Notes: generated by a model not told the origin, from the letters alone. A stretch of DNA of 41,303 nucleotides from Candidatus Uhrbacteria bacterium RIFOXYB12_FULL_58_10 (GCA_943354165.1 CALRBH010000007.1:1-41303); one strand, 5' to 3'; shown: positions 8,669-20,717, numbered from the stretch's first letter. Program-made: numbers and translations.

Positions 8669-8772
8669 CCACGTTCTGGACCAGGTTCTCGTAGCAATCC
8701 CCGTCATCCTGATGGGGCTTTTTCTTTACATGGACGCACCACACCTTTTCCGCTAGGATAACGGCACTTCTA

Positions 8773-8802
8773 TGCCCACCTACGCTAAGGCATCGGCGGG
8801 CA
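8773..8802 (+). repeat. REP-like palindrome family B upstream of lepA
   Basis: TGCCC-aCCTACGCTAAGGCATCGGC-GGGCA; core shared with the reverse complement of 33562-33587. Confidence 0.6.
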
Positions 8803-8814
8803 GGCACTCCACTT

Positions 8815-10608
8815 ATGCAAGATCAAAGTAAAATTAGGAACTTTTGCATTATTGCCCACATCGACCACGGGAAATCGACCCTTTCGGATCGGTTGCTTGA
8901 AGTTACGGGGACTATCGATAAGCGTCAGATGAAAGATCAGATTTTGGACTCGATGGACCTCGAACGCGAGCGCGGGATTACCATTAAGCTCGCTCCAGCG
9001 CGCATGACGCACAAGGGCCACGTGCTCAACCTCATCGACACTCCCGGCCACGTCGATTTCAACTACGAAGTTTCTCGCTCACTCGCTGCCGTGGAAGGCG
9101 CCGTGCTTCTCGTCGACGCAACGCAGGGTGTTCAGGCCCAGACCATCGGCAACCTGTACCTCGCCCTCGCGGAAGATCTCGTCATCATCCCAGCCCTCAA
9201 CAAGATCGACATGCCAGCCGCAGACGTTCCGCGCCGTATGGCGGAACTCGTCCAGCTCATCGGTTGCAAGCCAGAAGAAATTCTTTTGGTGAGCGGAAAA
9301 ACAGGGGAGGGCGTTCCAGCTCTACTCGACGCCATCGTCGAACGCGTCCCCGCTCCAGAAGGGAACCCAGCCGCTCCAGCACGCGCGCTTGTTTTCGATT
9401 CCGCATACGACGATTACAAAGGCGTCGTCGCCTACGTTCGCGTCATCGATGGCGGGTTCAAGAAGACCGACAAGATTCTCATGATGGCCTCAAAGTACGA
9501 CGGGGAAATCCTTGATGTCGGCGCGCTGCGTCCAGGAAAGTTCGAATCGACGGCGGAGCTGGAGTGCGGACAGATCGGCTACATCGTCACCGGCTTCAAG
9601 GATATTCAGGCCTGCCGCGTGGGTGACACGATCACAAGTCTCAAAGTTCCCGCAACCGAAGCTCTCGGCGGCTACCGTGAAGCACGCCCGATGGTGTTCG
9701 CCGGATTGTTTCCCAAGGAAGGCTTTGACTATTCCCGTTTGCGCGATGGGATGGAACGGTTGAAATTGAACGATGCCTCGCTCACGTTCCAACCTGAACA
9801 TTCCCCAGCCCTTGGCTACGGATTCCGCTGCGGACTCCTCGGCATGCTGCACATGGAAATCGTGAAGGAACGTCTTTCACGCGAGTTTAAGATCGAACTC
9901 GTCGTTACAGTTCCGTCCGTTGCCTACAAGATCGTAAAGACCTCGGGCGAGATCCTCGTCGTGAAATCCCCATCAGAACTTCCGGACATGTCCACGATCG
10001 CGGAGATTCAGGAACCATGGGTGAAGGCCGACATTGTGACGCCAGGTGATCACATCGGGGGAGTGATGCAGCTCGTGACCGAGCGCCGCGGCATCTACAA
10101 GAACACGGAATATCTTTCCGAAAATCGCGCGATTCTTCACTACGAGATTCCTCTCGCCATGGTGATCGTCGACTTCTACGACAAGCTGAAGTCCGTGAGT
10201 GCCGGCTACGCCTCGCTCAACTACGAAGTGATCGATTTCCGCGTAGCCGATGTGGCCAAGCTCGATATTCTCGTCGCCGAGGAACCCGTCGAAGCGTTTG
10301 CATCGCTCGTCTATCGCGACGAAGCCGAACGCGTTGGCCGTCGGATGCTCGAATCCCTCAAGACATCCATCCCGTCGCAAAACTTCGTCATTAAGCTTCA
10401 AGCCGCTATTGGCGGAAAAGTCGTCGCAAGCGAACGCATCAGTGCCATGCGCAAGGATGTGACGGCCGGCCTTTACGGTGGTGACGTTACGCGTAAGCGC
10501 AAGGTGCTCGAGAAGCAGAAGAAGGGTAAGGCCAAGATGGCGGCGATGGGACGTGGAAGCGTGGATATTCCGTCGGAGGCGTACATGAATATTCTTAAGC
10601 GAGGATAA
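8815..10608 (+). CDS. lepA: Translation elongation factor 4 (LepA)
   Basis: IRNFCIIAHIDHGKSTLSD, DTPGHVDF, GFRCGLLGMLH, C-terminal RKDVTAGLYGGD. Confidence 0.98.
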   Translation: MQDQSKIRNFCIIAHIDHGKSTLSDRLLEVTGTIDKRQMKDQILDSMDLERERGITIKLAPARMTHKGHVLNLIDTPGHVDFNYEVSRSLAAVEGAVLLVDATQGVQAQTIGNLYLALAEDLVIIPALNKIDMPAADVPRRMAELVQLIGCKPEEILLVSGKTGEGVPALLDAIVERVPAPEGNPAAPARALVFDSAYDDYKGVVAYVRVIDGGFKKTDKILMMASKYDGEILDVGALRPGKFESTAELECGQIGYIVTGFKDIQACRVGDTITSLKVPATEALGGYREARPMVFAGLFPKEGFDYSRLRDGMERLKLNDASLTFQPEHSPALGYGFRCGLLGMLHMEIVKERLSREFKIELVVTVPSVAYKIVKTSGEILVVKSPSELPDMSTIAEIQEPWVKADIVTPGDHIGGVMQLVTERRGIYKNTEYLSENRAILHYEIPLAMVIVDFYDKLKSVSAGYASLNYEVIDFRVADVAKLDILVAEEPVEAFASLVYRDEAERVGRRMLESLKTSIPSQNFVIKLQAAIGGKVVASERISAMRKDVTAGLYGGDVTRKRKVLEKQKKGKAKMAAMGRGSVDIPSEAYMNILKRG

Positions 10609-10612
10609 GGGT

Positions 10613-10705
10613 ATGCGTCGAAAAACCATCTCCGAAAAGATCATGACCGTTGTCGCGGTGATCACACTCATCAGCATGATTGGGCTTACCGTCGCTGGGT
10701 ACTAG
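10613..10705 (+). CDS. 30-aa single-TM small protein (DUF4044-like), absent from ORF track
   Basis: MRRKTISEKIMTVVAVITLISMIGLTVAGY; starts 4 nt after the lepA stop; hairpin 10723-10742 follows. Confidence 0.55.
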   Translation: MRRKTISEKIMTVVAVITLISMIGLTVAGY

Positions 10706-10722
10706 ATGGACGTGGATAACTT

Positions 10723-10749
10723 ACGGACCCGCGAGGGTCCGTTTGTGTT
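10723..10749 (+). terminator. Probable terminator
   Basis: ACGGACCC-gcga-GGGTCCGT-ttgtgtt. Confidence 0.5.
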
Positions 10750-10762
10750 AGTCTGTCACCAC

Positions 10763-12505
10763 ATGAAAACCTGGCACGTTGCAGAATCAGCTCCGCCCGA
10801 GGCGAAAACAACGCTTCCGAACCTGCATCCGGTTGCCTTGGGTTTACTTTGGAATCGTGGCGTCCGGACCCAGGAGGCGATGGAACAATTCCTGAACCCC
10901 GACTGGGTCCGAGATACCCACGATCCGGCCATCTTCAAGAACATGGAAGCGGCCGTCGCCCGCGTGTTCCGCGCCCTCGAAGAAGGCGAGTTCATCGCTG
11001 TTCATGGCGATTACGACGCGGACGGCGTCTGCGGTTCGACTGTACTGCTTTCGACGTTGCGAGATCTCTGCAATTCGATGGGCTTCGACTACGAAAACAT
11101 TTCCGGCTACATCCCGCATCGAGAGAAAGAAGGCTACGGCGTCTCCATCGCCACCATGGAACTCTTGAGTGAAGAGCGCGGTGTGTCGCTCGTCATCACG
11201 GTCGACTGCGGCATCAGCAACAAGCCGGCGATCGACCGTGGGCTCGAGCTCGGCATGGACACGATCGTCTGCGATCACCACGCGATGCCCGAGACGCTCC
11301 CCGTCGGCGCGATCCTTTTGCATCCGCAAGTTCCAGGCGAGGACTACCCGAACAAGAATCTTTGCGGCACAGGGGTCGCCTTCAAGCTCGCCTCGGCGTT
11401 GATTATCGAAGCCCGCAATCGCGGTGCGAATCTTCCGGAAGGATATGAAAAGTGGCTCCTCGATCTCGTCGCTATCGCAACGGTGACCGACGTTATGCCT
11501 CTTACTGGGGAGAATCGCGTGCTCGAACGCTTCGGCCTTAAAGTTTTGAATAAGACGAAGCGCCCGGGCCTCAAAGCCCTCATCGAAGTCGCCGGCGGAA
11601 AACCAGGCGAACTCGACACGTATTCCATCGGTTTCCAAATTGGACCTCGACTAAACGCTGCCGGACGCATGGAACACGCCAAGCTCGCGCTCGAACTTCT
11701 CTTAGAGGAAGACGTCGTCGAAGCAGCGACCAAAGCGCAGGGTCTGCACGAGACAAACATCGCCCGGCAGAAAGTGTCTGAAGACATGTATCAGGAGGCC
11801 AAGGCAATGGTCGGTGAACTCGGCGATCGCAAAGCCATCATTGTCTGGAAGGAGGGTTGGCTCGCCGGACTCGTCGGTCTTGTTGCAGGCAAACTCGTCA
11901 ACGACTTTTCACGTCCTGTGTACGTGGTCGGCCGCGAAGGCGACAAGTTCGTCGGTTCAGGGCGCACGGCAGGTGGATTCGACGTGACAGCTGCGCTCCA
12001 CGTCGCTTCTGCGCATCTCGATAGATTCGGCGGCCACCCGCAGGCGTGCGGCTTTTCGGTACATGGCGAAGAAAAGTTCTTCGAAGCATGCAAAGTGATC
12101 GAAGCGCATGCGATGGAGGTGCTGAAGGCGGAGCATCTCATCCCAACCCTCAAGATCGATGCAGCGGTTGAACTCGAAGAAATGGACTTCGCGCTCCTGG
12201 GCGCGCTCGAATCATTCGAACCATTCGGCGAAAAGAATCCGCGCCCCGTATTCGCCGCGATGAACATCGACGTAGCCTACGCCGAACCGATGGGCGCGGA
12301 AGGGAAGCACTTACGTATTACAGCAAAGTCGCCGCGTGGTAAGATCGCAAAGTTCATCGGTTGGCGGATAGGTGACCGTGCGGCAGAGCTTAAGCCGGGC
12401 ACGCGCGTCGATATTGCCTTCGAACTTGAAGTAAACGAATGGAAAGGACGGAGAGATCTTCAAATGAAAATTGTCGATATACAAATCGCAGGCATTAGGC
12501 ATTAG
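10763..12505 (+). CDS. recJ: ssDNA-specific exonuclease RecJ
   Basis: HGDYDADG, ITVDCG, DHH, PRLNAAGR, GSGR, FGGH; start placed at ATG 10763. Confidence 0.96.
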   Translation: MKTWHVAESAPPEAKTTLPNLHPVALGLLWNRGVRTQEAMEQFLNPDWVRDTHDPAIFKNMEAAVARVFRALEEGEFIAVHGDYDADGVCGSTVLLSTLRDLCNSMGFDYENISGYIPHREKEGYGVSIATMELLSEERGVSLVITVDCGISNKPAIDRGLELGMDTIVCDHHAMPETLPVGAILLHPQVPGEDYPNKNLCGTGVAFKLASALIIEARNRGANLPEGYEKWLLDLVAIATVTDVMPLTGENRVLERFGLKVLNKTKRPGLKALIEVAGGKPGELDTYSIGFQIGPRLNAAGRMEHAKLALELLLEEDVVEAATKAQGLHETNIARQKVSEDMYQEAKAMVGELGDRKAIIVWKEGWLAGLVGLVAGKLVNDFSRPVYVVGREGDKFVGSGRTAGGFDVTAALHVASAHLDRFGGHPQACGFSVHGEEKFFEACKVIEAHAMEVLKAEHLIPTLKIDAAVELEEMDFALLGALESFEPFGEKNPRPVFAAMNIDVAYAEPMGAEGKHLRITAKSPRGKIAKFIGWRIGDRAAELKPGTRVDIAFELEVNEWKGRRDLQMKIVDIQIAGIRH

Positions 12506-12570
12506 GCTTAAGGCCGAAGGAAGTTCCTCGGTCTGTCCTGTGGCCTTGTCTGCCTAACGCCTAATGCCTA
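12490..12570. repeat. Inverted heptamer arrays (TAGGCAT / ATGCCTA) spanning the recJ-rnhA junction
   Basis: aggcattaggcattaggc ... tgcctaacgcctaatgccta. Confidence 0.7.
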
Positions 12571-12968
12571 TGCGATTAATCACTTACTCCGACGGAGGGT
12601 CCCGCGGCAATCCAGGCCCCGCGGCAGGTGGTGCCGTCGTGAAAAACGACGATGGTGAGACGCTCGAGACCGTCTCGAAGTTTCTCGGAAAGGCGACGAA
12701 CAACGTTGCGGAATACACCGGCATCATCATTGCCCTGGAGGCCGCCAAGCGACAAGGCGCGACGGAAGTGGACATGCGGATGGACTCGGAACTCGCCGTA
12801 AAACAGCTCAAGGGAGAATACAAGGTGAAGAACCCGGACTTGGCCAAGCTGTTTATGCAGGTGCATAACCTTGCGCTCGGCTTCAAGAAGGTCACCTTCA
12901 AGCACATCCGCCGAGAACTCAACACGGACGCAGACGCGGCGGTAAACGACTGTCTTGACCGCCACTAA
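12570..12968 (+). CDS. rnhA: Ribonuclease HI
   Basis: YSDGGSRGNPG, TNNVAEY, DSELAVKQ, HIRRELNTDAD. Confidence 0.92.
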   Translation: MRLITYSDGGSRGNPGPAAGGAVVKNDDGETLETVSKFLGKATNNVAEYTGIIIALEAAKRQGATEVDMRMDSELAVKQLKGEYKVKNPDLAKLFMQVHNLALGFKKVTFKHIRRELNTDADAAVNDCLDRH

Positions 12969-12979
12969 TTTTTTCTTCT

Positions 12980-13015
12980 TCCAAACCTCCCGAACCTCCC
13001 AAACCTCCCCAACCC
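12980..13015 (+). repeat. 9-mer tandem array (CCCAAACCT-like x4)
   Basis: 26 nt identical to 3546-3571 in dnaX. Confidence 0.8.
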
Positions 13016-13034
13016 GTGTTATACTCGTAACACT

Positions 13035-14117
13035 ATGAGTCTCTTTGGAGGGAAAAAACCGGAAGGCTTTCTTGGGATCGATATTGGTGCCAATGGTCTC
13101 AAGGTGGTTGAACTCATGAACGAGAAAGGCCGGGCGAAGCTGCTCACGTACGGCTATTCAGAACGCAAGACGGGCGATGCGGCTGTTTCGCCATTTGAGG
13201 ATACGCGTGGCACGGGCGAAGTACTGGCCGAAGTCTGCAAGCGAGCCGGCGTGAAATCCGGACAAGCCATGGCGGCACTCCCCATGTCGTCCGTGTTCTC
13301 GACGATCATTGCCGTCCCGCGGAAAAAGGACGAAAAGGAACTCAAACCATTGATCGATGCCCAGGTGAGCAAGCTCACTCCGCTTCCGCTCGCGGAAATG
13401 GTCACCTATTCGACGTTCATCGATGATCTTAAGGCTCCGCCAAAGCCAGGCGCCACCAACGGGAACGATTACGTTCGCGTTCTTGTAACCGGCGCGTCCA
13501 AGTCCCTCGTGCAGAAGTACGTGGATATTTTCCGTTACGCCAAACTTTCCCTCCAGGCGCTCGATACGGAGGCGTTCGCGCTCATTCGTGCGCTCGTCGG
13601 GAAGGACAAGAGCGCCATCATGGTAGTGGACATGGGTTCCACGCGCACCAGCATCACGATTGCCGAGAAGGGGATCCCGTTCCTTTCGCGTAGCATCAAT
13701 GTTGGCGGAACGGCCGTGACGCAGCGCATCATGCAGCAAATGAAAGTGAGCGAAGCCGAGGCCGAACGTGTAAAAACCGATCTCGAATCGCTTCCTGGCG
13801 CCGAGGCCGGAGCGTTGCCGGCCGTGCTCGCACCCGTGATGCAGCCAATCCTGAACGAAATCCGCTACGCGCTTTCGCTGTATGGCCGCATGGAACTTAC
13901 GGAATCCAAGCGTGTGGAAAAAATCATTCTTACAGGTGGATCCGCACATCTTCCAAGCCTCCCAGAATTCCTGTCGTCACAGCTCAACATGAACTGCTAC
14001 CGCGGGGATCCGTGGGCACGCGTGGCGTATCCGGAAGACCTGCGCCCGGTGCTGGATGAGATTGGCCCGCGCATGAGCGTGGCCATCGGCCTTGCCATGC
14101 GTGACATCGACTCATAG
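13035..14117 (+). CDS. pilM: Type IV pilus assembly protein PilM
   Basis: Actin-like fold motifs GIDIG, VDMGS, ILTGGSAHL, C-terminal VAIGLAMR. Confidence 0.9.
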   Translation: MSLFGGKKPEGFLGIDIGANGLKVVELMNEKGRAKLLTYGYSERKTGDAAVSPFEDTRGTGEVLAEVCKRAGVKSGQAMAALPMSSVFSTIIAVPRKKDEKELKPLIDAQVSKLTPLPLAEMVTYSTFIDDLKAPPKPGATNGNDYVRVLVTGASKSLVQKYVDIFRYAKLSLQALDTEAFALIRALVGKDKSAIMVVDMGSTRTSITIAEKGIPFLSRSINVGGTAVTQRIMQQMKVSEAEAERVKTDLESLPGAEAGALPAVLAPVMQPILNEIRYALSLYGRMELTESKRVEKIILTGGSAHLPSLPEFLSSQLNMNCYRGDPWARVAYPEDLRPVLDEIGPRMSVAIGLAMRDIDS

Positions 14118-14127
14118 CTTTTCTTTT

Positions 14128-14625
14128 ATGAACCGCAAAGGATTCGCCACCATCGAACTCATGATCGCGCTGCTCGTCATCGGCCTCATCACAGCCGGCT
14201 CCGCGCTCGCGGTGAACGCGGCCCGCTCCCGTCAGCGCGATGCCGTGCGTCTTTCCAACATCCGCCAGATTCAGGCGGGGCTTGAGTTGCATTTCAACGA
14301 AACAAGCTCCTATCCGCCCGGTTCCGCGATCCCGCTCGGCGATGCGCTTTCCACAGGCTGTCTCAACACCACCGGGTTTGCCGCTTCGTGCCCAACGGAC
14401 GGAAAGACGTTGCTACGAGTGGTTCCAGGCACCGTCCAGAAGGGCCTGGACGGCATTTCTTCCTGCGGCACTCCTAAGCGCGACGCGTTCTGCTACCTGC
14501 AAGTTCAGGATGGCAGCACCTACCGCATTCAATTTGAACTTGAAAACGCTCTTCCAGAAGTCGGCCTTCAAGCGGGGATCAACTGCGGATCACCAGATGG
14601 CCTGAACGGCGGACAGTGTCGATAG
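14128..14625 (+). CDS. Type IV pilin / GspG-like pseudopilin
   Basis: Class III signal KG|FATIELMIALLVIG, then RDAVRLSNIRQIQAGLELHF. Confidence 0.88.
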   Translation: MNRKGFATIELMIALLVIGLITAGSALAVNAARSRQRDAVRLSNIRQIQAGLELHFNETSSYPPGSAIPLGDALSTGCLNTTGFAASCPTDGKTLLRVVPGTVQKGLDGISSCGTPKRDAFCYLQVQDGSTYRIQFELENALPEVGLQAGINCGSPDGLNGGQCR

Positions 14626-14626
14626 T

Positions 14627-15412
14627 ATGATCGAAAGCCTGTTCGTCTTTGCGTTAGGGCTCTGCATTGGGAGCTTTCTCAATGTTCTGATTTTGCGGAC
14701 CAAGGAAGAGAAATCCTTATCCGGAAGGTCGCAGTGCATGACGTGTAAGATGGAGCTCAAAGCGATCGATCTCATCCCGGTCGTAAGTTTTCTCGCCCTT
14801 CGAGGGAAATGTCGGCAATGCGGCTCCGCGATTTCCGTGCAATACCCGCTCGTCGAGTTCGCAACAGGACTTTTGTTCCTGATATTTTTCCTGCGGTTCG
14901 GGCAGGGGATCACCATCGGCGGCGATTGGATGCAGGGCATGGAAGGAATAAACCTGTTGCGAGTACTATTTTTCATAAGCGTGCTGGTCGTCCTCTTTGT
15001 CTACGACCTCAAGTATTACCTGATCCTCGATCGATTTACGGTTCCCGCCGTCGTCATCGCGGTCCTGCTCAACCTTTGGATCGGCATACCACTCTGGTCC
15101 ATTGCCGTCGCTTCTGTGGGACTCGCGTTGTTTTTCTTCGCACAATACGCCATCTCCCGCGGCCGCTGGATCGGCGGAGGAGACATCCGTATGGGTGCGC
15201 TCATGGGCGCCATGCTCGGATTCCCACAAGCATTAGTCGCCTTATTCCTGTCATATGCGATCGGCGCGATCGTCGGGCTGTTCCTGCTCGGTTCCAACAA
15301 GTCCGAATGGAAAACCCAGGTCCCGTTTGGCACATTTTTATCCGCCAGCACCATCATTACGCTCCTGTTCGGGGAACCCCTGTTGAACTGGTACCTGGGG
15401 TTGTTGGGATAG
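14627..15412 (+). CDS. pilD: Prepilin peptidase
   Basis: GSFLNV, two CxxC, YPLVE, YDLK, GGGD, PFGTFL. Confidence 0.93.
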   Translation: MIESLFVFALGLCIGSFLNVLILRTKEEKSLSGRSQCMTCKMELKAIDLIPVVSFLALRGKCRQCGSAISVQYPLVEFATGLLFLIFFLRFGQGITIGGDWMQGMEGINLLRVLFFISVLVVLFVYDLKYYLILDRFTVPAVVIAVLLNLWIGIPLWSIAVASVGLALFFFAQYAISRGRWIGGGDIRMGALMGAMLGFPQALVALFLSYAIGAIVGLFLLGSNKSEWKTQVPFGTFLSASTIITLLFGEPLLNWYLGLLG

Positions 15413-15425
15413 GGGGAGGGTGTAG

Positions 15426-17420
<1,995 letters not shown>

Positions 17421-17424
17421 CTGT

Positions 17425-17727
17425 ATGATTACGAACGAAGACATTCTTCACCTCGCAAAGTTGGCTCGCCTTCAGGTGGCTGAAGCCGACGTTCTAGGGT
17501 ATCAGACGGACCTGGAAGCGATTTTGGGCTACGTAAACAAGCTAAAGGAACTCGACACAGAAGGGGTGCCAGAAATGGCTCACGCCGATGGATCAACGAA
17601 CGTCTCCCGCGAAGATGTGGCCGTTGTCTGCCCAGTAGATGAGCGCACGGCGATGATCGGAGCTTTCCCGGTACGATCGGGCGACCTGCTAGAAGTTCAA
17701 GCCGTCTTTGCGAACCGCACCGAATAG
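17425..17727 (+). CDS. gatC: Asp/Glu-tRNA amidotransferase subunit C
   Basis: HLAKLARL...ILGYVNKLKELDT; directly upstream of gatA. Confidence 0.88.
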   Translation: MITNEDILHLAKLARLQVAEADVLGYQTDLEAILGYVNKLKELDTEGVPEMAHADGSTNVSREDVAVVCPVDERTAMIGAFPVRSGDLLEVQAVFANRTE

Positions 17728-17729
17728 GT

Positions 17730-19154
17730 ATGAACCCTTCTGAACTTACGATTCTTGAAGCCGCCAAACTGATGCGCGAAAAGAAACTCACGGCCTATGA
17801 CCTTGTAAGCTCGTGTTTAGAACGCATCGAAGCGGACAATGGCGAAATCAACGCTCTCGTTTCGGTTTCCAAGACGGCTCTCGATGAAGCAAAAGCCATC
17901 GATGCGCGTCGATCAAGCGGGGAAGACTTGCCGATGCTCGCCGGGATTCCGCTCGCCATCAAGGACAACATCATGGTGAAGGGTTGGATGGCGTCCGCCG
18001 GATCGCGCATTCTTGAAAATCATACGGCGGCGTATGACGCGACCGTCGTCGCGCAACTTCGCGCGCAAGGCGCCATCTTCATCGGCCGTGCCAACATGGA
18101 CGAGTTCGCCATGGGATCGTCCAGCGAATCCTGCCACTTCGGCGTCGTTCGCAATCCAGTCGATCGTGAACGCGTGCCAGGCGGCTCATCGGGCGGTTCT
18201 GCTGCGGCGGTGGCCGCTGGATTTGCGCTGGGAGCGTTAGGATCGGATACGGGCGGCTCCGTGCGCCAACCGGCGTCGCTGTGCGGCGTAACGGGTCTTA
18301 AACCGACCTACGGCCGTGTTTCTCGCTACGGCTTGATCGCCCTTGCTTCAAGCCTCGACCAGATCGGTCCGCTTGCAAAGACGGCGGCGGATGTGGCCGT
18401 GATTCTTTCAGCGATCGAAGGGAACGATCCCAAGGACGCCACCTCATCGGGTCCTTATGAAACGTATCTTCCAGAAATCGACACGGAACCATCTGTTGAA
18501 GGAGTGCGCATCGGCATTCCCAAGGAATACTTTTTGGATGGAATGGACGAGCGCGTGAAGGCGTCCGTGATGTACGCGGTGCGCCAGCTCGAGAAAAAAG
18601 GGGCGAAGATCGTCGAGGTCTCTTTGCCGACGACGGAATACGCACTCGCCGTGTACTACTTGGTGATGCCGGCGGAAGCGAGCTCAAACCTCGCACGATT
18701 CGACGGGATGCGCTACGGCCTGTCTGCCGGGGGCGCCACGCTTCAGGAGACTTATGAGCGTACACGCGGGGAAGGGTTCGGGGCGGAAGCAAAACGACGC
18801 ATCATGCTCGGAACCTATGTACTCTCCAAGGGCTATTACGATGCGTACTATCGGAAGGCCTTGAAGGCTCGTGAGCGCATTCGCCTGGATTTTGAAGACG
18901 CGTTCAAAGTTTGCGACGTGATCGCTTCGCCAACCTCACCAACCGTCGCCTGGAAGATCGGTGAAAAGTTTGGGGATCCGCTTACCATGTATCTTTCCGA
19001 CATTTACACCATCTCCGCCAACCTGGCTGGAATCCCCGCCATTTCCGTCCCGTGCGGAACCGCGGACGGATTACCGGTCGGCCTGCAGCTCATGGGCAAG
19101 CCATTCGATGAAAAGACCTTGCTGCGCGTCGCGTGTACCCAACAGAAAACATGA
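17730..19154 (+). CDS. gatA: Asp/Glu-tRNA amidotransferase subunit A
   Basis: AIKDN, NMDEFAMGSS, PGGSSGGSAAAV, GSDTGGSVRQP, SSNLARFDG. Confidence 0.97.
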   Translation: MNPSELTILEAAKLMREKKLTAYDLVSSCLERIEADNGEINALVSVSKTALDEAKAIDARRSSGEDLPMLAGIPLAIKDNIMVKGWMASAGSRILENHTAAYDATVVAQLRAQGAIFIGRANMDEFAMGSSSESCHFGVVRNPVDRERVPGGSSGGSAAAVAAGFALGALGSDTGGSVRQPASLCGVTGLKPTYGRVSRYGLIALASSLDQIGPLAKTAADVAVILSAIEGNDPKDATSSGPYETYLPEIDTEPSVEGVRIGIPKEYFLDGMDERVKASVMYAVRQLEKKGAKIVEVSLPTTEYALAVYYLVMPAEASSNLARFDGMRYGLSAGGATLQETYERTRGEGFGAEAKRRIMLGTYVLSKGYYDAYYRKALKARERIRLDFEDAFKVCDVIASPTSPTVAWKIGEKFGDPLTMYLSDIYTISANLAGIPAISVPCGTADGLPVGLQLMGKPFDEKTLLRVACTQQKT

Positions 19155-19852
19155 TTCCATATCTTCAACTCATTTCTTTCAAGATCGGCCCCCTCACCAT
19201 CTATGTGTGGGGGTTGATGGTTGCCCTCGGAATCATTGCCGGTACCTACGTTGCGGCGAGGTTCGGAGAGAAGCGCGGCCTAAAGCGCGAAGTGTTTTGG
19301 GATCTCGCCTTCTGGTGTGGTCTTGCTGGCTTCGTCGGCGCGCGACTTTTTGATGAGCTTGCCTATCAAGGGAGTGGAGGATATTCGAGTATCGGCGGGT
19401 TCATCGGCGGAACGATGGCGGGGTTGATCTATCTCAAACGAAAAAAGCTCGACGTCTGGATGTATGCAGACACGGCAGTTTTCGGGCTTCCGCTCGGCTA
19501 TGCGATTGGCCGCGTCGGCTGCTTCCTCATTCATGATCACCCTGGAACCGCCACGAATTTCTTCCTGGGCGTGCCGTATCCGGACGGCGTAGTTCGCCAC
19601 GACCTCGGTCTCTATCAGATCATCGATGGGGCGGTCCTGTTTGTCATCTTCCTCGTTCTGCGAAAGCGAAAAGCCCCCGTGGGAATCTATATAGCCGCGT
19701 TTCTCCTCTGGTACGGGACAACACGTTTTTTCCTTGATTTCTTAAGGAATGCGGACGCCCGTTACATCGGCCTCACTCCAGCGCAATACGCAGCCATTGC
19801 CATGATTCCAGTAGGATGTTGGGCGGCGAAGAAAACCTTCAAGAAAGTGTAG
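19151..19852 (+). CDS. lgt: Prolipoprotein diacylglyceryl transferase family protein
   Basis: GARLF, GGFIGG, AIGRVGCF, RFFLDFLR; ATGA overlap with gatA. Confidence 0.8.
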   Translation: MIPYLQLISFKIGPLTIYVWGLMVALGIIAGTYVAARFGEKRGLKREVFWDLAFWCGLAGFVGARLFDELAYQGSGGYSSIGGFIGGTMAGLIYLKRKKLDVWMYADTAVFGLPLGYAIGRVGCFLIHDHPGTATNFFLGVPYPDGVVRHDLGLYQIIDGAVLFVIFLVLRKRKAPVGIYIAAFLLWYGTTRFFLDFLRNADARYIGLTPAQYAAIAMIPVGCWAAKKTFKKV

Positions 19853-19944
19853 GCAAGATATTGACAAGATTCTATTTTATACTACGCTATAACTAGCGCA
19901 GTTTTTCAGTGGTGATCGCATTTGAAGCATATAAGTTGCCATAT

Positions 19945-20703
19945 ATGTCCTCCCGTACGACCATATCTATGCGCACGCTTGTAGAGCTCGGGCTCTCGGA
20001 GTCCGATCTCGAGATGTACGTTTCGCTGCTGCGTTTGGGGTCGGCTCCCCTCCGCCGCGTGGCCGAGGAAGCTTCTCTGAATCGCGGCACGGCGTACGAC
20101 TCACTCAAGCGGCTCATGCGCGCGGGTCTGGTGTCCTACATGGATGCCAAGACCCATCGGCATTTTATTGCCGAAGATCCGCATAAGCTCCGTGGATTGG
20201 TGACACGAAAGGAGGAAGCTCTCCTTCACGCACGTGCCGAACTCGACAGCGCCATACCCGCGCTTTCGGAGACGGCTCGATCAGGCGCGGCGCGTCCGGC
20301 CGTTCGCTATGTAGAAGGTGTGACGGGCGTACGCGACTTGCTTCTCGATGTGCTCACTACCACGGAGCGTGCGGAGTCGATGCTCTATCGCGTCTATTCT
20401 GCCGCTCAGGTCCGAGATCTTATTAGCGATGCCTGGCCGACCTTCACCAAGGAACGTATCAAGCGCAACGTGCGTGTCCACGCGATCGCCGTGGGAAAGG
20501 GAGGGACGGGAGCAGAGCTTGCCGAGCGCCGTTGGCTCAATAAGGATGCCAAGGCTCCAAGCTACATCTTCATCTATCCCGGAAAGACCGCGTTCGTGTC
20601 TGCGGACTTGCACAAGCGTCTGTTCGGGATAGTGATGGATGACCCTGCGCTCTCAAAGACACAGGAGCTCGTGTTCGATACGTTGTGGCAAACTCTTGAA
20701 TAG
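19945..20703 (+). CDS. TrmB-family transcriptional regulator
   Basis: N-terminal wHTH LGLSESDLEMYVSLL...RGTAYDSLKRL; C-terminal domain ending FDTLW; start could be 19969. Confidence 0.8.
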   Translation: MSSRTTISMRTLVELGLSESDLEMYVSLLRLGSAPLRRVAEEASLNRGTAYDSLKRLMRAGLVSYMDAKTHRHFIAEDPHKLRGLVTRKEEALLHARAELDSAIPALSETARSGAARPAVRYVEGVTGVRDLLLDVLTTTERAESMLYRVYSAAQVRDLISDAWPTFTKERIKRNVRVHAIAVGKGGTGAELAERRWLNKDAKAPSYIFIYPGKTAFVSADLHKRLFGIVMDDPALSKTQELVFDTLWQTLE

Positions 20704-20717
20704 GTGAGGTGAAACGC

